The position numbers and the translations under genes were made by a program. The notes below the pieces were generated by a model. That model had not been told where the DNA came from. It worked only from the letters and a program-made list of their open reading frames with translations, and ran no database searches. From contig JBITNC010000002.1 of the NCBI GenBank assembly GCA_050084985.1, positions 24,304,001 to 24,368,000 on the forward strand: a DNA stretch of 64,000 nt, read 5' to 3'. How positions within the stretch are numbered: the stretch's first letter is position 1; each line of letters opens with the position of its first letter. Shown here one piece after another: positions 1-12,760 of the stretch. Source of the DNA: Nageia nagi (Eukaryota; Plantae; Pinophyta).

Positions 1-432
1 AGAGAATGCCTCATAGAGGAGGCATCGCACAGCTGAAAGCTAAGAATGCAGCCCTGGGTAGAGAACGACTTCAGGAGGCCATCGGCTAGGAGGGAGTCGA
101 ACAGGGTGCAAATTGAGACGGTTGGGCTAGGGAAGGAGTACCTGCAGTAGTCAGGAATGCGCCAGGATGGCACACGATAGTCTGAGGATAGGTCCAAGAA
201 TGGACAGGAGAGAGAGAGGCAGACCCACAACCCAGGTGTAGTTGAGTGGGTTGAACATGCCCAGACCACGAGATGATTCGAGAAGGGAGAGAGCAGTGGA
301 TCTGGGGTACAGAAAACCCATGTAAGATTGAGCCATAAGGAGCTCAGTGTGGCACCATGGAGGATCTTGGAAGAGGTAGAGTTTTTGGAATCTGTCTGGA
401 GAACATTGATGAGGAAGGAGAAGGACAAACAC

Positions 433-510
433 ATGCGTTTGATGGTGGAGGCTCCTCTTGCTACGGAAGCTATAAAGTTCTACAAATGCGTGTTTGGAGC
501 TGTAGAGGTA
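433..510 (+). pseudogene. Short fragment resembling the N-terminus of plant glyoxalase/VOC-family proteins (At5g48480-like) in a GC-richer segment
   Basis: Translates MRLMVEAPLATEAIKFYKCVFGAVEV, resembling the recalled LLVEAPKAxDAVxFYKxAFGAxE motif. The flanking codons show no such similarity. Confidence 0.5.
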
Positions 511-1020
511 GGAGAAAGAGTAGCTGTAGAAGCAAGGGAAAAGGCTGCTATTGAAAAGGGTTGCAGTAAAGGTGAGGCTCAGAGCATAGCACGCTGCTGT
601 AGAGAGGGCCACTGCAGAGGTTCGTGAATGAGCGACCAAAGCATTAGCTGAGTCTGGCTCAAAATGGGATGAGAAGCTATCTACCGAAGGGGGCGTAAAA
701 CTGAGTGAGGGTCTGAGCCAGATGCAAGAGATCCATGCACCCCAGCCTTGCATCAGAGATGGATTGCAGATGGAGACAGCTGGACCTGGGGAAGAGAGAG
801 TACCTGCAGCAGTCTGGTGAATGGTGGTAGTTTGATGCCAGGTGTGAGAGCTGTCAGGAGTTGACGTGGTAGTTGGGAACCGTCCTGACACTATAACGTT
901 GTTGGGTTTAGCGTAACTGATGAAGCAGTTAGAAACAGACCTGACAACATAATGCTTGTATGTGTTCCATTTGCTACAACCACGGTGGTGTAGTGGATGT
1001 GAGCTGGAAATACTTTTTCA

Positions 1021-1130
1021 GATGAGTGCCAGATGAATCGGACGAGCGCCAGATGAATCGGACGAGTGCCAGACGAACCGGACGAGCGCCAGACAAATCG
1101 AACGAGCGCCAGATGAACCGGACGTGCGCC
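1021..1130. repeat. 20-bp minisatellite, ~5.5 copies
   Basis: Unit GA(C/T)GAG(C/T)GCCAGA(C/T)GAA(T/C)CG repeated in tandem. Confidence 0.95.
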
Positions 1131-1639
1131 ATGAGTTATCTTTGTGAAATTATCTTATTTGAATTATTTAGATGTGATATTGAGCATTCATGAGATCTTG
1201 TTAGTATATGTTATATTTCAAAACCTTCAATTACCAATCCCAGATAGTAGAAAATGGAGGTGTCACCTACAAATGCATGAATTATGAGTCCTTGGAACTA
1301 AATGTTATGAATATAAGTCTGACTAATGTTAATATTTTTATTTTTAAAACAAGAAGTTCTATGAAGACATGCAAAGAAGGTACAAAGACATCAATTTCAT
1401 CCTCAAGTTAAGTCTCTCCCAAGGAGAAAAAATAAGCACCTTCAAAGGGTAAATCAACAAAAGCTTCTTAGGAGCTAATCAAATGCAAAACTCAAGAGGC
1501 TCTAAAAAGTAGCAAAACTAACCAATATATGAAAATTAGTAGTTTTTTGATAAAAGAGAAAAGGCTTCTAGAATATTTTGGTTCCTATCATTGACTCAGG
1601 AACATAAAGAGGAAGCATATCAATAATTCCAAAAGAGGT

Positions 1640-3030
1640 TCTCTAAGAAGGAAACTAGACCTACAACCCTAAGTCCTTATAGTATTATTGAAGAGCTCAA
1701 GCAAACTAATTTTAGTCTCACTATTTGATGCATTATAGAAGCCTGAGGAGATTGAGCTTCTCGAACTAGTGTTATTTATCTCAAATAAGGATGTAGATCT
1801 ATCCAATTATAACCTAGAGGTTATTACTAAGTTTTCAAAAATTGGAAAATCAAACCACTACATTTTTATATATCCCTACAAATAGAAGGCCATGTGGTAC
1901 ATAATTATTTAATCAATTTTGGAGCATTAACCACATTCATACCTAAGAATATTACCCAATGGTATTAATTTCTTTGAGATTAAACTCTTCAACCAATAAG
2001 GTAGTGCAAATAAAAAGGGGCTAATGGTTGAAGAGAAAGCCTTTTAAGATGTAGAGATAGCTCTTGGGAAGATTCTGAAGATTGGTAAGTAGAAAAAAAC
2101 CTAAGGAAATAAAGAAAATTGTGAAATTATGCAAATATTTTTTTGGGATAATATCTTGATCATATGATGATATGAAATTCTATAATATTAATGAGGTTAT
2201 CAAACATACCATAGAGCTTATGGATGATACAAGATCAGTCCAACAAAAGTATAGACCAATCAATCCTTTGATTGAAATGACTATGAAATAAGAAATGTTG
2301 AAATTTTTCAATGATGACATCATCTACCCAATTAAACATTCAATTTAGTTGGAAAATATAGTCTTGGTAAGGAAGAAAAATAGGGACATAAGGCTCTATG
2401 TGGATTTTTAATCATTGAACAAAGCATCCCTAAAGGACAACTACCCCTACCCCCGATCTTGTATATTATTTTCAATGCAAACTATTTCTCCTTAATTGAT
2501 GGATTTAGTATTATAACTAGATATGGTTAAAGTATGAATACTAGTATAAAATGATATTCACCATAAAATGGGGAACCTTTTCTTTCCAAAGGATGCCCTT
2601 CAGTATATCTAATATTGAAGCCATCTTCCAAAGAGAAATGGATCATGCATTTAGAGAATTAGTAAATAAAATTATTCTTATCTACTTGGATGATATCACA
2701 GTGTTCTCTTTCCAAATAAAATACCACCTACAACACCTCAAATAAGTGTTCCTCAAATGCCAATAGTTTGGGATTTTCTTAAATCATAAAAAGCCTATTT
2801 TTATCATCGAGGAAGCAAAGTTTTTGGGATACATCATCTCTAAGGAAGGATGGTCAATTCATCTAGATTGGGTAAGTGCTATTTCTAAGTTAAACTTGCC
2901 TTCAAATAAGAAATCTCTCCAATCATTCCTAATAAGATTCATCCAAGAATTTTTCAGAATCATAAGTTTGATCACAGAGATGCTAAAGAAAGAGACATAA
3001 TTCTAGTAGACTCTAGAAAGAAAAGTGGTC
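1640..3030 (+). mobile_element. Degenerate Ty3/gypsy (Tat-like) protease and RT fragment
   Basis: Contains FYISLQIEGHVVHNYLINFGA (protease, ~1865), KDNYPLP-like (~2432), FTIKWGTFSFQRMPF and YLDD (~2680). Many stops. Related to the minus-strand element at 11.6-17.3 kb. Confidence 0.85.
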
Positions 3031-3499
3031 TTTTGTTCACTATTATATGCTAGATTAGGCTTGTCAATCACTATAATGCTATTGGATCTTGGTTATGAAT
3101 GCTAAGCTGCAAGGATCATAGCATAGATGTTTTCTTGATTGTGGATGCCATCCTTAGTGTGAGTGTGGATGCTAGTTTGAATGTAATCCACTTAGTCTCA
3201 TATGATCTAAAAGGTTTGCATTATAAGATCTATATTATCAATAAGTTCTAATTCGCATATAGCCAAGGTAAGGAGACACGTATTTATCTTTTTCAATATA
3301 TTTTTCAATACAATAAGTTGTTGATATGATCCATTAGTTTAAGTATTTTCTTTTACAAATCTCATATCTATCAAGTACTTTATATTACTATTATTATTAT
3401 TATTGCTTCATTATTTATTATTCAATGTATTATTTATCATTGAATGTGAGTTTTTAACTTAGTCTCCACTTAGTATTATCTTAGGGGTGAATAAAAACA

Positions 3500-3875
3500 T
3501 TCAATAATGTTCTTGCTTGATATTATATATCTCAACAATCAAGCACTCATAGTTCATGTTATATATGTTACCACTCTTTAGTATCAATGATATGGACACA
3601 TGAATCCTAACTACTTGGTCACCTTGAAGAAAAGTAATATGGTATATGATCTTCCATCTTTTGCATATCCTACTATTATTTATTATACTTATATAGAAAG
3701 AAAATAATACAAAACTCCATCTAAGACTAGCATACATGGTGCTACAATACATCTTGATGTGATTTATTCTAATATATGCAAACCCATAAAGGCTAACCAT
3801 AATGGCCTTAGATATTTACTTTTTTTATGAATAATTTAGAAAGATGTGGATTTATTACTTAAATACAAAGGATGA
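3500..3875 (+). mobile_element. Ty1/copia gag-pre-integrase and integrase N-terminus (left part of a split element)
   Basis: Translates YGHMNPNYLVTLKKSNMVYDLP, DVIYSNICKP and KMWIYYLNTKD. The frame continues at 19781. Confidence 0.8.
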
Positions 3876-4265
3876 CCATTATTCCAACTAGGAAAATCAA
3901 CTAGCTGAGCCCTACTTGAAGTATTGGTATCAAGTGAAGGATCTTCTAGGGTTGAATCAAATACAATCAATAGTGGGATTTCCCTTAAAGGAACTACAAG
4001 GGATACAACCTATAAACTCTTTCACCTAGTCCTCTTGTGAAGAACTGATAGCTCTTAAAACCTAGGCTTTCTAAAGGAATTTTTGGTAATACTTCTAGTA
4101 AGTCTACATTTTTTAGGTGCTAGGGTTCGAAATACTAACTAGTTGATAGCAAAGTTACCAATAAGTTCAAAAGAACTTTATAATATTTTAAGAATCTAAT
4201 TGATAGCACACCATACATGGCTATCTTATCTATTTACACTCACTAAATATGGAATTTTAGTTCAA

Positions 4266-4283
4266 GTCCCATCGAGCATGCCA
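4266..4283 (-). promoter_or_regulatory. Second primer binding site (tRNA-Arg type) directly after the 3' LTR
   Basis: Minus strand reads TGGCATGCTCGATGGGAC, a C>T-decayed form of the Tat/Ogre PBS TGGCACGCCCAGTGGGAC. Confidence 0.8.
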
Positions 4284-4285
4284 AA

Positions 4286-6702
4286 TATGGAAGTTTCTAC
4301 TATTGATTGGTATAATGTAACCTCAAAGGGTTTGGTTTGATCAAGTTCTCCATTTCTTGCAATAGCAGGTTCCTTGAAAGACCAAAAGGTGGTGGGAATG
4401 TGCTCATGTTGGTTTTCTTTTCAATATCTAGGGTATAGGTGGTTCCTATCTATTGTAAATGTTTAAAGTAATAGGAAAGAGATAAAAAGTAGAGAATTAC
4501 TGGAAAGAGATGAACACATTAAACTAAAACTTAAACAAGAACTACAAAGCTTGGGCATTGTAGCATAGGTAGCAATCTATAGCCAAGGTTAAGAATAGCA
4601 AACTACCTTACCCTTGGCATCTTGCAATCATAATACATATCCATAACATAACACAACATTCCATACATAATATTCATAGAAACAATAAATAGCCACTTGT
4701 TTCAAAAGGGAAAAGCATTATCTATTTGCATTATCATGTATGAAAACACCTTATAGACTTGGGCAAATTTGCTAGAATGTTTGACCTCATTGATTTCTAA
4801 CAGTACACCATTTATACATTTACATGCCTTGTTGGGTTATTGTCTACCATAAATATATATAATTGCTCATCTTAGTTAAAAATAGAGAAGAAAACTATTT
4901 ATAATAAATATTACAATTATGTTAGATTACACAGTGAATAAGTACCAACAGCATAAATAAGAATTTGCAATTTCTAAACAGTTGTATCCACTAAGCTGTA
5001 ATCTTTCTAACATGTCATTGACTTCTTTTTTGGTCTTGTAGTTGATTGAAGATGGTACTATAGCTGATTAAAGAAGTACTCATCTATAATTTTATAAGTA
5101 CGATCTAGTACTATGTTCTATCGATAGTCTTCTACTTCTTTGCAACCATTATTGATCCATATTGTAGTTCTAATTGAATAGATTAATGGGGGTGGTGAAT
5201 AACATATCAAGTTAGTTTGAGAAGAAAATACCATTGTTATGTGGAATTGATTTGAAGTTGACACATTAACAGGGCCCTAGGGGTCTAACACTTAAGATCA
5301 AGTGGACCTGAGTGTTACTTTTTACCCATTACTCTCACCTTAGTCTAGCAGTTTCTATTTCTTTTCTTCAAGCTCTGTTGATGATCTAGCTCTCCTTAGT
5401 ACCCATTAATTTTATCCACAAGTTCTAACATCATTGCTCAAAATTGGTGGGCTCTATTTGGTATCTTCATGAATTATCACCTACCATTACTTATTCTAAT
5501 ACTCATTGATTTTAGCTAATAATGATGATATCACTATTGAAAATTCATAGACTCTATTTGGTATCTTCATGAATCATCACCCCCCATTACTTATTCTAGG
5601 ACACATTGATTTTAGCCAAAAATGATGATATCATTATGAAAATCAATGGGCTTTATTTGGTATCTTCATGAATCATCACCTACCATTACTTATTTTGGGA
5701 CTCACTAATTTTAGCCAAAAATGATGATGTCACTATTGAAAATTTATGGGCTCTATTTACTTCTAGGTATCTCTCATTGATTATTTGGACATAACTTGGG
5801 CCCACTTTTACAACAACTCTTGGATACTGTATTTACAACAACTCCCAAACACTGTATTTACAACATCTCCTAACCACTATATTTACCACAACTTCTAGAT
5901 ATTGTATTTTCAACGACTCCTAGACATTATATTTATAATAACTCCTGAACATTGTATTTAAACTTTTCGCTTCCTATACAATACTACCTAGATGTGATAC
6001 ATTTTCCCTTGAACATGACTCTTCTATACATATAGTTCCTAGCCCTTTTGACTACTAACATGACTTAAGATTTATTCCTGGGAGTTATTGCAACACCTGC
6101 TAGATTTTGACTAGAAATTTATAAGCCAAAATATCAAATACCAATACTTATATATACACTAGCTGAAGGTTTATAACACCTAAAATTCTTTAAACTTAAG
6201 ACTAATAGAAGACTCAAATTATATGTGAAAGGAAAGGAAGTTGGAATAAAAAGAATGAAAGAATAAAAGAATGATAATGTGTTACCCCAACTCAAAGAGT
6301 AATTCTAAAAAAATACAATCTTCTAGTCACTCTAAGGGTCTGTGTCTACTAGAGAATAGAACCCACTATTTTCTACCTTCAATTGCCTATTCAAATGTAG
6401 ATTTCATAGGAGTCTCAAGTGATGGAATCAGTTATGCTAGGAGTAATGGGTGCATATTCTTATTTAAATCCTTAAGGTGTTGATAGTCAACTTATGACAA
6501 AATAGGGGATACTTGAATCTTCATAGTATCTACTATGAAACCTGTTAGAACATTCTCTAGCCTCCTCGTGTGTAGGAACCTTGTAATTACTTCTTAGGTG
6601 AGATCATTTATTTGTTGTAAGTCTAAGATTTACTTCTTAAAAAAATATTGTTCTAGGAATTAAATGGTATTATCTACCCATTTGGCAACACTACCCTGTA
6701 CA
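4286..6702 (-). repeat. LTR of the Tat element (~2.4 kb)
   Basis: Homologous to 17681-19780. On the minus strand it begins TGTACAGGG right after the purine tract GGGAGGAACAAAA (6715-6703) and abuts the PBS at the other end. Confidence 0.75.
5395..5965. repeat. ~99-bp and ~31-bp tandem repeat arrays inside the LTR
   Basis: Has units ...GGGCTCTATTTGGTATCTTCATGAATCATCAC...TTTTAGCCAAAAATGATGAT, then ACAACTCC...ACTGTATTTA units. The same arrays occur at 18770-19410. Confidence 0.9.
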
Positions 6703-6799
6703 TTTTGTTCCTCCCATAATTTGGGAACTTTCATTTTAATCAAGGAATTAAATAATTTATTAATAAAGTTGAGTTTTATTGTGAGTTGATGTTTACCAA

Positions 6800-9700
6800 T
6801 GTTCATATTGAACACCAAATTTTAGAGTTCACATATATTTAGGATCCTTCTCAAATATGATTATCTTGGTCTAAGAGTAATGATAGTTATATCTTTCTCA
6901 ATTAAGACTCTCAACCAGCTCTACATTGTTTTAATAACTGACCTTAGTATATCTAGAGCCAACTAATGGAGAGTGGTCTGCATGTTGAAATATTTGATGG
7001 TTTGTAGTGTCTAATATTTTAACAAATACATGTGTGATAAAGTCAACATCCTATCTTTGACTTTCTCCATTAGAGATTTTCTAAAACCCTTTGAGTTATC
7101 ATTAGATATACTTTGTTAGCTACTATAACAATTTGTAATTTAGCCTCAACCTACTTGACCTTTTGTCCATCTATAATTGTAAACTAAGCTTTAACATCTT
7201 ATATGGTTTGATTTGCATTATCTAGCTTAGCCTTTATTTCTATCAAGCCCTTCTTGAATTCTAAATTTTGCTTATCAAGATTTATAAGTAGGTCTTTGTT
7301 TTTATTCTACAGCTCAGCTATTGTTTTATTTTTAAGTAGTCTTTTTTATATTGATTTATTTTCTTATTTAATCTATCTTAATCTCCATTACTTGAATACT
7401 TTAACCAACCACCATTAAAGTATTTACAAGGAATTTGGATTGGTCAATTATCAAAACACTCTACATACTTACATCAATGATAGTCGTGGAAGTAGTATCC
7501 AATTATCCTTCTTTGAAATACATATGTGTTATCTTAATATCTCTCATTTCTATTACCTTACTCAAAATTCTTGAGTATTGCTCAGGGAATGTAGACACTC
7601 AAAATAAACCCTACATCTAGTTTAACAACATATAAATAAATAAAATAAGTATCTTTTTAACATATATCATACTAAACTAATCATAACTATTTATACAAGC
7701 CTCAAACAAGCTTGAAAACCATATTATTGGATAGCTCTCATCAAGTACATGCAAAACAAGTGGTCACATGACCCCTTTTTGATAAAAAATGGCTATTTGG
7801 TGATCATGTTAATATTGTTATAAAAATTGAAAACCATTCACCAGCGACCCAAAACAAACACCGACATTTTGGGATGATCATCGATGTCCATCTAGCAATC
7901 ACTGATGACTCTGTAACAGCTGAATAGAAACCAAAACAGTGAGAGAAAGTTGAAACATTTCATTCTTCCAAGATGATGTGGATAGAGGGGGTCAGTTATG
8001 ACCTACGGGGGCTTTTCACTTCCCCTTACCAGCCTTGGAACATCTCACCTAAAATCTATAAATACAAGCCAATACAAAGCAATAGAGAACCAACCCCACC
8101 CAATTTTTGAAGTAGGGTAATGCTACCAAAATCTTGTGAGCTCATACCTTTTATTGTTTTATGCTAGCTTTAATTTAATACATGTCATACATAGATGCTT
8201 TGATGTTATTGTCTTTTGCATGTGTGTAGGATTTACAGGTTGTTCATATCAAGGAGAGAAGCAAGCAAATCAAAAACAATGGAGATCTAATACTCTTATT
8301 TTGGCAAATGGCATTTTTAAAAGTCCCTTCCAAGGGCAAATTGTAGTTTGAGCTGAAAATCAATATCAATTTACAATTACAACGTTTCAATCTATTTTAC
8401 ATAATTTGAGGTTTAGTGAAAATCTAAGAATAATTGTATTTTATGTTATTCTACATTCCAGCTCTATTTTCACTATAACAGGGAGCATAGGAGGTTTATT
8501 AACAAAAGTTACCCAATTAATGGGTTCTATAATTTGCGTAGAAAAAATTGATTTAATCTCCTCCTAGGAGGTTGTAGGAATTAAAGAATGAGGAGGAGTA
8601 TTTACACCTGAGGTGAATTATATGACTTATTGAGTGGATTTTGATTATTTTAGAGGTGTAGAATCTTGAATTTCTATTTTTTTTCTACTTCCTCCATAAC
8701 CTTATCTTCATCATTAGCCTTGTCCATTAGATCAAAGTCTCTTTTCTTCATAGATTCATTATCATCATCATCACCTGGTCCACCTCCTAGTGCAGCTTTT
8801 GCAGATCTTCCTACTTCAAGTGCATTTCCCCCACCTTATTAAATTTCCATGTGTTCTTTTTTCAAGGCTTCTTCTTTTTGCAAGACTTCCTCTTTTTTGG
8901 GTACTTCCTCCTGAGTAGCAGTATCTATGTTTTGAGGCTCTTGTAATTCCTCTACATCAAAGATTTCTACCTCCTTTGTCATAAGTTTTGACATCTCTTA
9001 TATGATTTTGGGAGGTGGAGGTGCAATCCTTTATGATTTGGGCTATGTAGTGTAGAGTTTCTTTACTGGTATTTCCTCTTTTTTCCAAAGTTTGTTATTT
9101 TTTAGCAAGGGTTTGAATTCTTCTTCTCTTTTTTGAAGATGAATCCTAGGAAGTAGTAGCAGTATCTGAGGGGTTTTGTTATCCCTTCTTGGTAGGCTCT
9201 TCTAAGTTAGATGGTTGTCCAACCTCTATCTGTCTCACTCTTATAACTATTTTTCCTTGAAAATTATGGGGAAGAGGCTAGCCCAACTCTAGTAAGGGGT
9301 ATTTAGAATACTTTGAATTCAAAAACTTATCATATTTGAATTTCTCAAATAATTCATTCTCAATATGATGGATCTTTGTTATGTGTTCAAATCTAAACTT
9401 TATGAAATAATAAACTTTATTGGGGCCCCAACATAAATATGTTAGCTAGGTGAGGACATCTGGGTCAAGGGTAAAATATTACCACTTATTTTCTCAACTC
9501 ATATTTCTTTATCCCCTCAAGGGTCACCCATGCCTTGTTTAGGGGTGTAAATTCCCATTCACGGTACATTTTTTCTTCTTGATTATTTTTATTTACAAAT
9601 ATTCTACATGAGATCTATACTCATGGGCAAAGACTAGGTGCTTCTTGCTTGACCTTATTATTTTTATCATCTCCCCTGAAGGGTCATACATATAAGGAAG

Positions 9701-11070
9701 GGGCTTCTACCATATCCAGGTTGAAATCTTGTAAAAACTTTTGCTATACTATCTTTACAACCTACTTCTAAAAGAGTAAAATTTTTAGTAGAAATCGGTA
9801 TATCTACAATAGATTTAAAACTATCCTTGGACCCATCCTTGGTCTCTATGGCACATATTTTCCTACCCATCTCTATGGAATATAGCTAAGAAGTTACATA
9901 CTTTGGCAATAAAAAGGGTTTTTTAAAATACCCATACCTCATAATCATGATGTGATCTTTGAGAAAATACGAGTCATCAACCTTATTTCCTCCCTATAGC
10001 TCTCGAATAGTGCTCTTATGTAGTCTACTAGGGAGCCTTCCTATCAAAATTTGCACTATTATTGCATAGAATTTATCCATGAACTTGTAATATGATCCAT
10101 GCAACTTGCTCAAGACTAGAAACCTCAAATCAATCGATACATGTCTAGTACTTGGGTTTATTGATTGAATTGGTGGTCTTGTCTTCACAAGTTTATCAAG
10201 GTTTTGATGGGAAAGGAGCTACCAAAGATATCAAGAGTGTCTAAAGTCTAATTTTTTAATTTTGAAAAGACAGATTTTTATCTCATTATAAATAAAGGTT
10301 GAGAAATCATAACAAATGTGTGCCTCTATGATATTGTAATCCATACACACCATGGCTTCATTTGCTTCTATTTGGGGTTTCTTCTCTAAAATAACCACCA
10401 ATGTCTGCAACACCTCTCTATCCCTCTTCTTTTGAAATAAAGCAATTTCATACCTTGGCCATAGTTGTGTGGTTCTATTTCCCTAATATCTTTAATCAAT
10501 CTAGTTAATCATTTCATCTTCATTTTTATAGAAATCACCTTTCTCTCTTTTTAAATCTATCTATTTCTTCACATGAAAAGTTAAATCAGCTTAGATAGCA
10601 AATGCTTGAAGAATATAATCAAGGGAGTAGCTAAGTATTACTTCAAATTTTAGCTCTAACTCTTCTCCCTGCTCTTGATTCTTAAACATTTCTATTTCAT
10701 AACCTTATTGATTATGCCTATGTTCCATCAAATACGATAGCTTAAGGTAGGTGAATGATTCATAGGGCACATAATAAGTTAGGCCCTGGTCAATCATGAT
10801 GTCTCTCTTTGAGTGTGCTAAAGCTTTCCCTTTTTTGGAAACTTTGAGACTCATATGTTTTAGAAGGATAAAATTGGGGTCGAACCTCCATGTATCAATG
10901 TGGTTCATCAGCCCCATCTCAATCTAGTTCACCCCCAGAGCATTCTCGAGGTATTCCTCTTGAATGGCAATCAGGTTAGCAACCACTTATTCTAATTCAA
11001 CTATATTTTATGGTTTGGAATTTATCATGGTATTAGCACTCTTTTTAGATCCTTTGGTTTGCATTTGGGA
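6800..11070 (-). pseudogene. Degenerate extra ORF(s) between integrase and 3' LTR, sense to pol
   Basis: Collinear minus-strand ORF pieces at 10705-10917, 10231-10413, 9994-10188 and 9667-9870. An E/K-rich tract lies at 8750-9150 and a coiled-coil-like tract at ~7000-7400. Function unknown. Confidence 0.6.
7590..8480 (+). mobile_element. Solo LTR (891 bp) nested in the extra ORF of the Tat element
   Basis: Runs TGTAGACAC...TATAACA and is flanked by GGGAA (7585-7589) and GGGAG (8481-8485). Internal TATAAATA lies at ~8058. Removing it gives minus-strand PPMLPEQY. Confidence 0.7.
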
Positions 11071-11579
11071 CTTGGAATCCGCACTCTGTAAGGTCCTTTA
11101 ACTCTATCTCTCCTTGCTCAATTTAGCTCTGTGAACACTATGCTTTGGTTACCATGGAAACTTGTATGCTCAAAAATGGTTAAGTGTTGAGTCAGTGAGT
11201 AAGCGAGATGTTTAATTCATCCAAGGTTTATGAATGATATCTATTAATGGTAATTAATGCCTAGGATATTGAGATCTATGCATTGTATAGATTAGGTGTC
11301 AATAGACTAGATATGTCAACTTGGAGCATGCCAATTTTAAATTAAGGTAATAGTACAAGGACTTAAAAATCAAAAGAAATATTTCTTTAAATGCTACCCT
11401 CTTTAGTTGATAGCTTAGCAATGCACTGACATTAACCTTACATCATGCTAAATTAATGTCAAACATTAACAGCTACCTACTTTCTTGGAAGTTAAAAGAT
11501 GTACAAGCCTCAATTTTTTTTTAAATTATGTACATTATACAATTTATGGTAGGTGTTATGAAATCAACTTATCACCCAA

Positions 11580-12760
11580 TAATGCTTCAAATAGATCTTG
11601 TTGATGAGAATAGGTAATTCCCAAGACTCAATGATATCTTGTAATTTGAATGCATTACTTTGTATGGCTTAACTGATGATATAAGGCTCACTCTAGAGAG
11701 AGTCAAATTTATGATGTCTTTTGAGCTTTGCTCTCTCCTCATCCTATTTGAGAATAATGTCACCTAGTTCAAAATTCACCCAAGAAGACTTTTTCTTATC
11801 AAACCATTTCTTGAAAATATGTTGATGATGCTAAAATGACTCATATACTTTATTCTGGTCTTCCTCTAACTTCAAGAGCTAATTATACCTGGAATGTAGT
11901 GGATTGAAGTCATGGTCTTCCATTTCTTGCAAGATTTCTAATGTCAATAACTAAATGTGTATTGGCAACATAGATCTTTCACAATATACTAGTGCATATG
12001 AGGATTTTTTGATTACATATTTAATGTTAATCCTATTTGCCCATAATGCAAAGTCCAATTGTGTATGCCACTGTCTAGGATTCCCTTCAATTATTCTTTT
12101 GATGATCTAGGTTAGGTTTTTATTAGTTAATTCAGCTAACCCATTACATTACAAGTAATAATTTGAAGAAAATAACCAATATATCCCATATTTAGCAATA
12201 AAGTTTGATAAGTTACCTCCAATAAATGTCAAGCCATTGTTTGAGATAATAGTCTCTAGTATTCCAAAGCAAGTGATTATTATTTTGATTATTTCTATCA
12301 CTACTTCTTGATTTGAATTCTTACATGGCATAGCTTCTGACCATTTAGTAAATTAATTTGTTGTAGTTAAGATGAATTTATGGCCTATTGAGGAATTTAG
12401 GTTTATGGCACCAATGAATTCCATACCCCATTAGTGGAAGGGTTCCTCAACTACCATAGGTTTAAGAGGTATAGTAGCTTCCCTTCTTTTTCCCATGAAT
12501 CTATTGCATTTATCATATTCCCAATAAATATTGAATGATTCTTAAAATATGGTGGGCTAATAATACATGGCTTGTAATATTTTTACTATTGTAGTTGGTC
12601 CACTATAATGCCCTCCAGGGAATCCATATTGAAATTCATGCAATATTCTTCGAGATTCATCATGAGTCACACATCTTAATAGGGTTTGATCAAAGTTATT
12701 TCCATATAAATTTTCATCTATCATCACAAACTTTAGGGCATGCAACTTCAATCTCCTTCT
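11580..12760 (-). pseudogene. Ty3/gypsy integrase remnant
   Basis: Contains LHEFQYGFPGGHYSG (zinc-finger region), FGILETIISNNG (DDE core) and a GPY-like C-terminus near 11690. Confidence 0.9.

Noticed and set aside
151-891. 246-aa minus-strand ORF as a gene
   Set aside because: It has no recognisable domain, begins at a non-ATG codon, and is Ser/Leu-rich as expected for the antisense of purine-rich DNA.
1021-1130. CRISPR-like array
   Set aside because: The units are contiguous with no unique spacers, the context is eukaryotic and there are no cas genes. It is a minisatellite.
3034-3500. 5' LTR of the split copia element
   Set aside because: There is no convincing match to the sequence following the PPT at 22652, and no PBS was seen.
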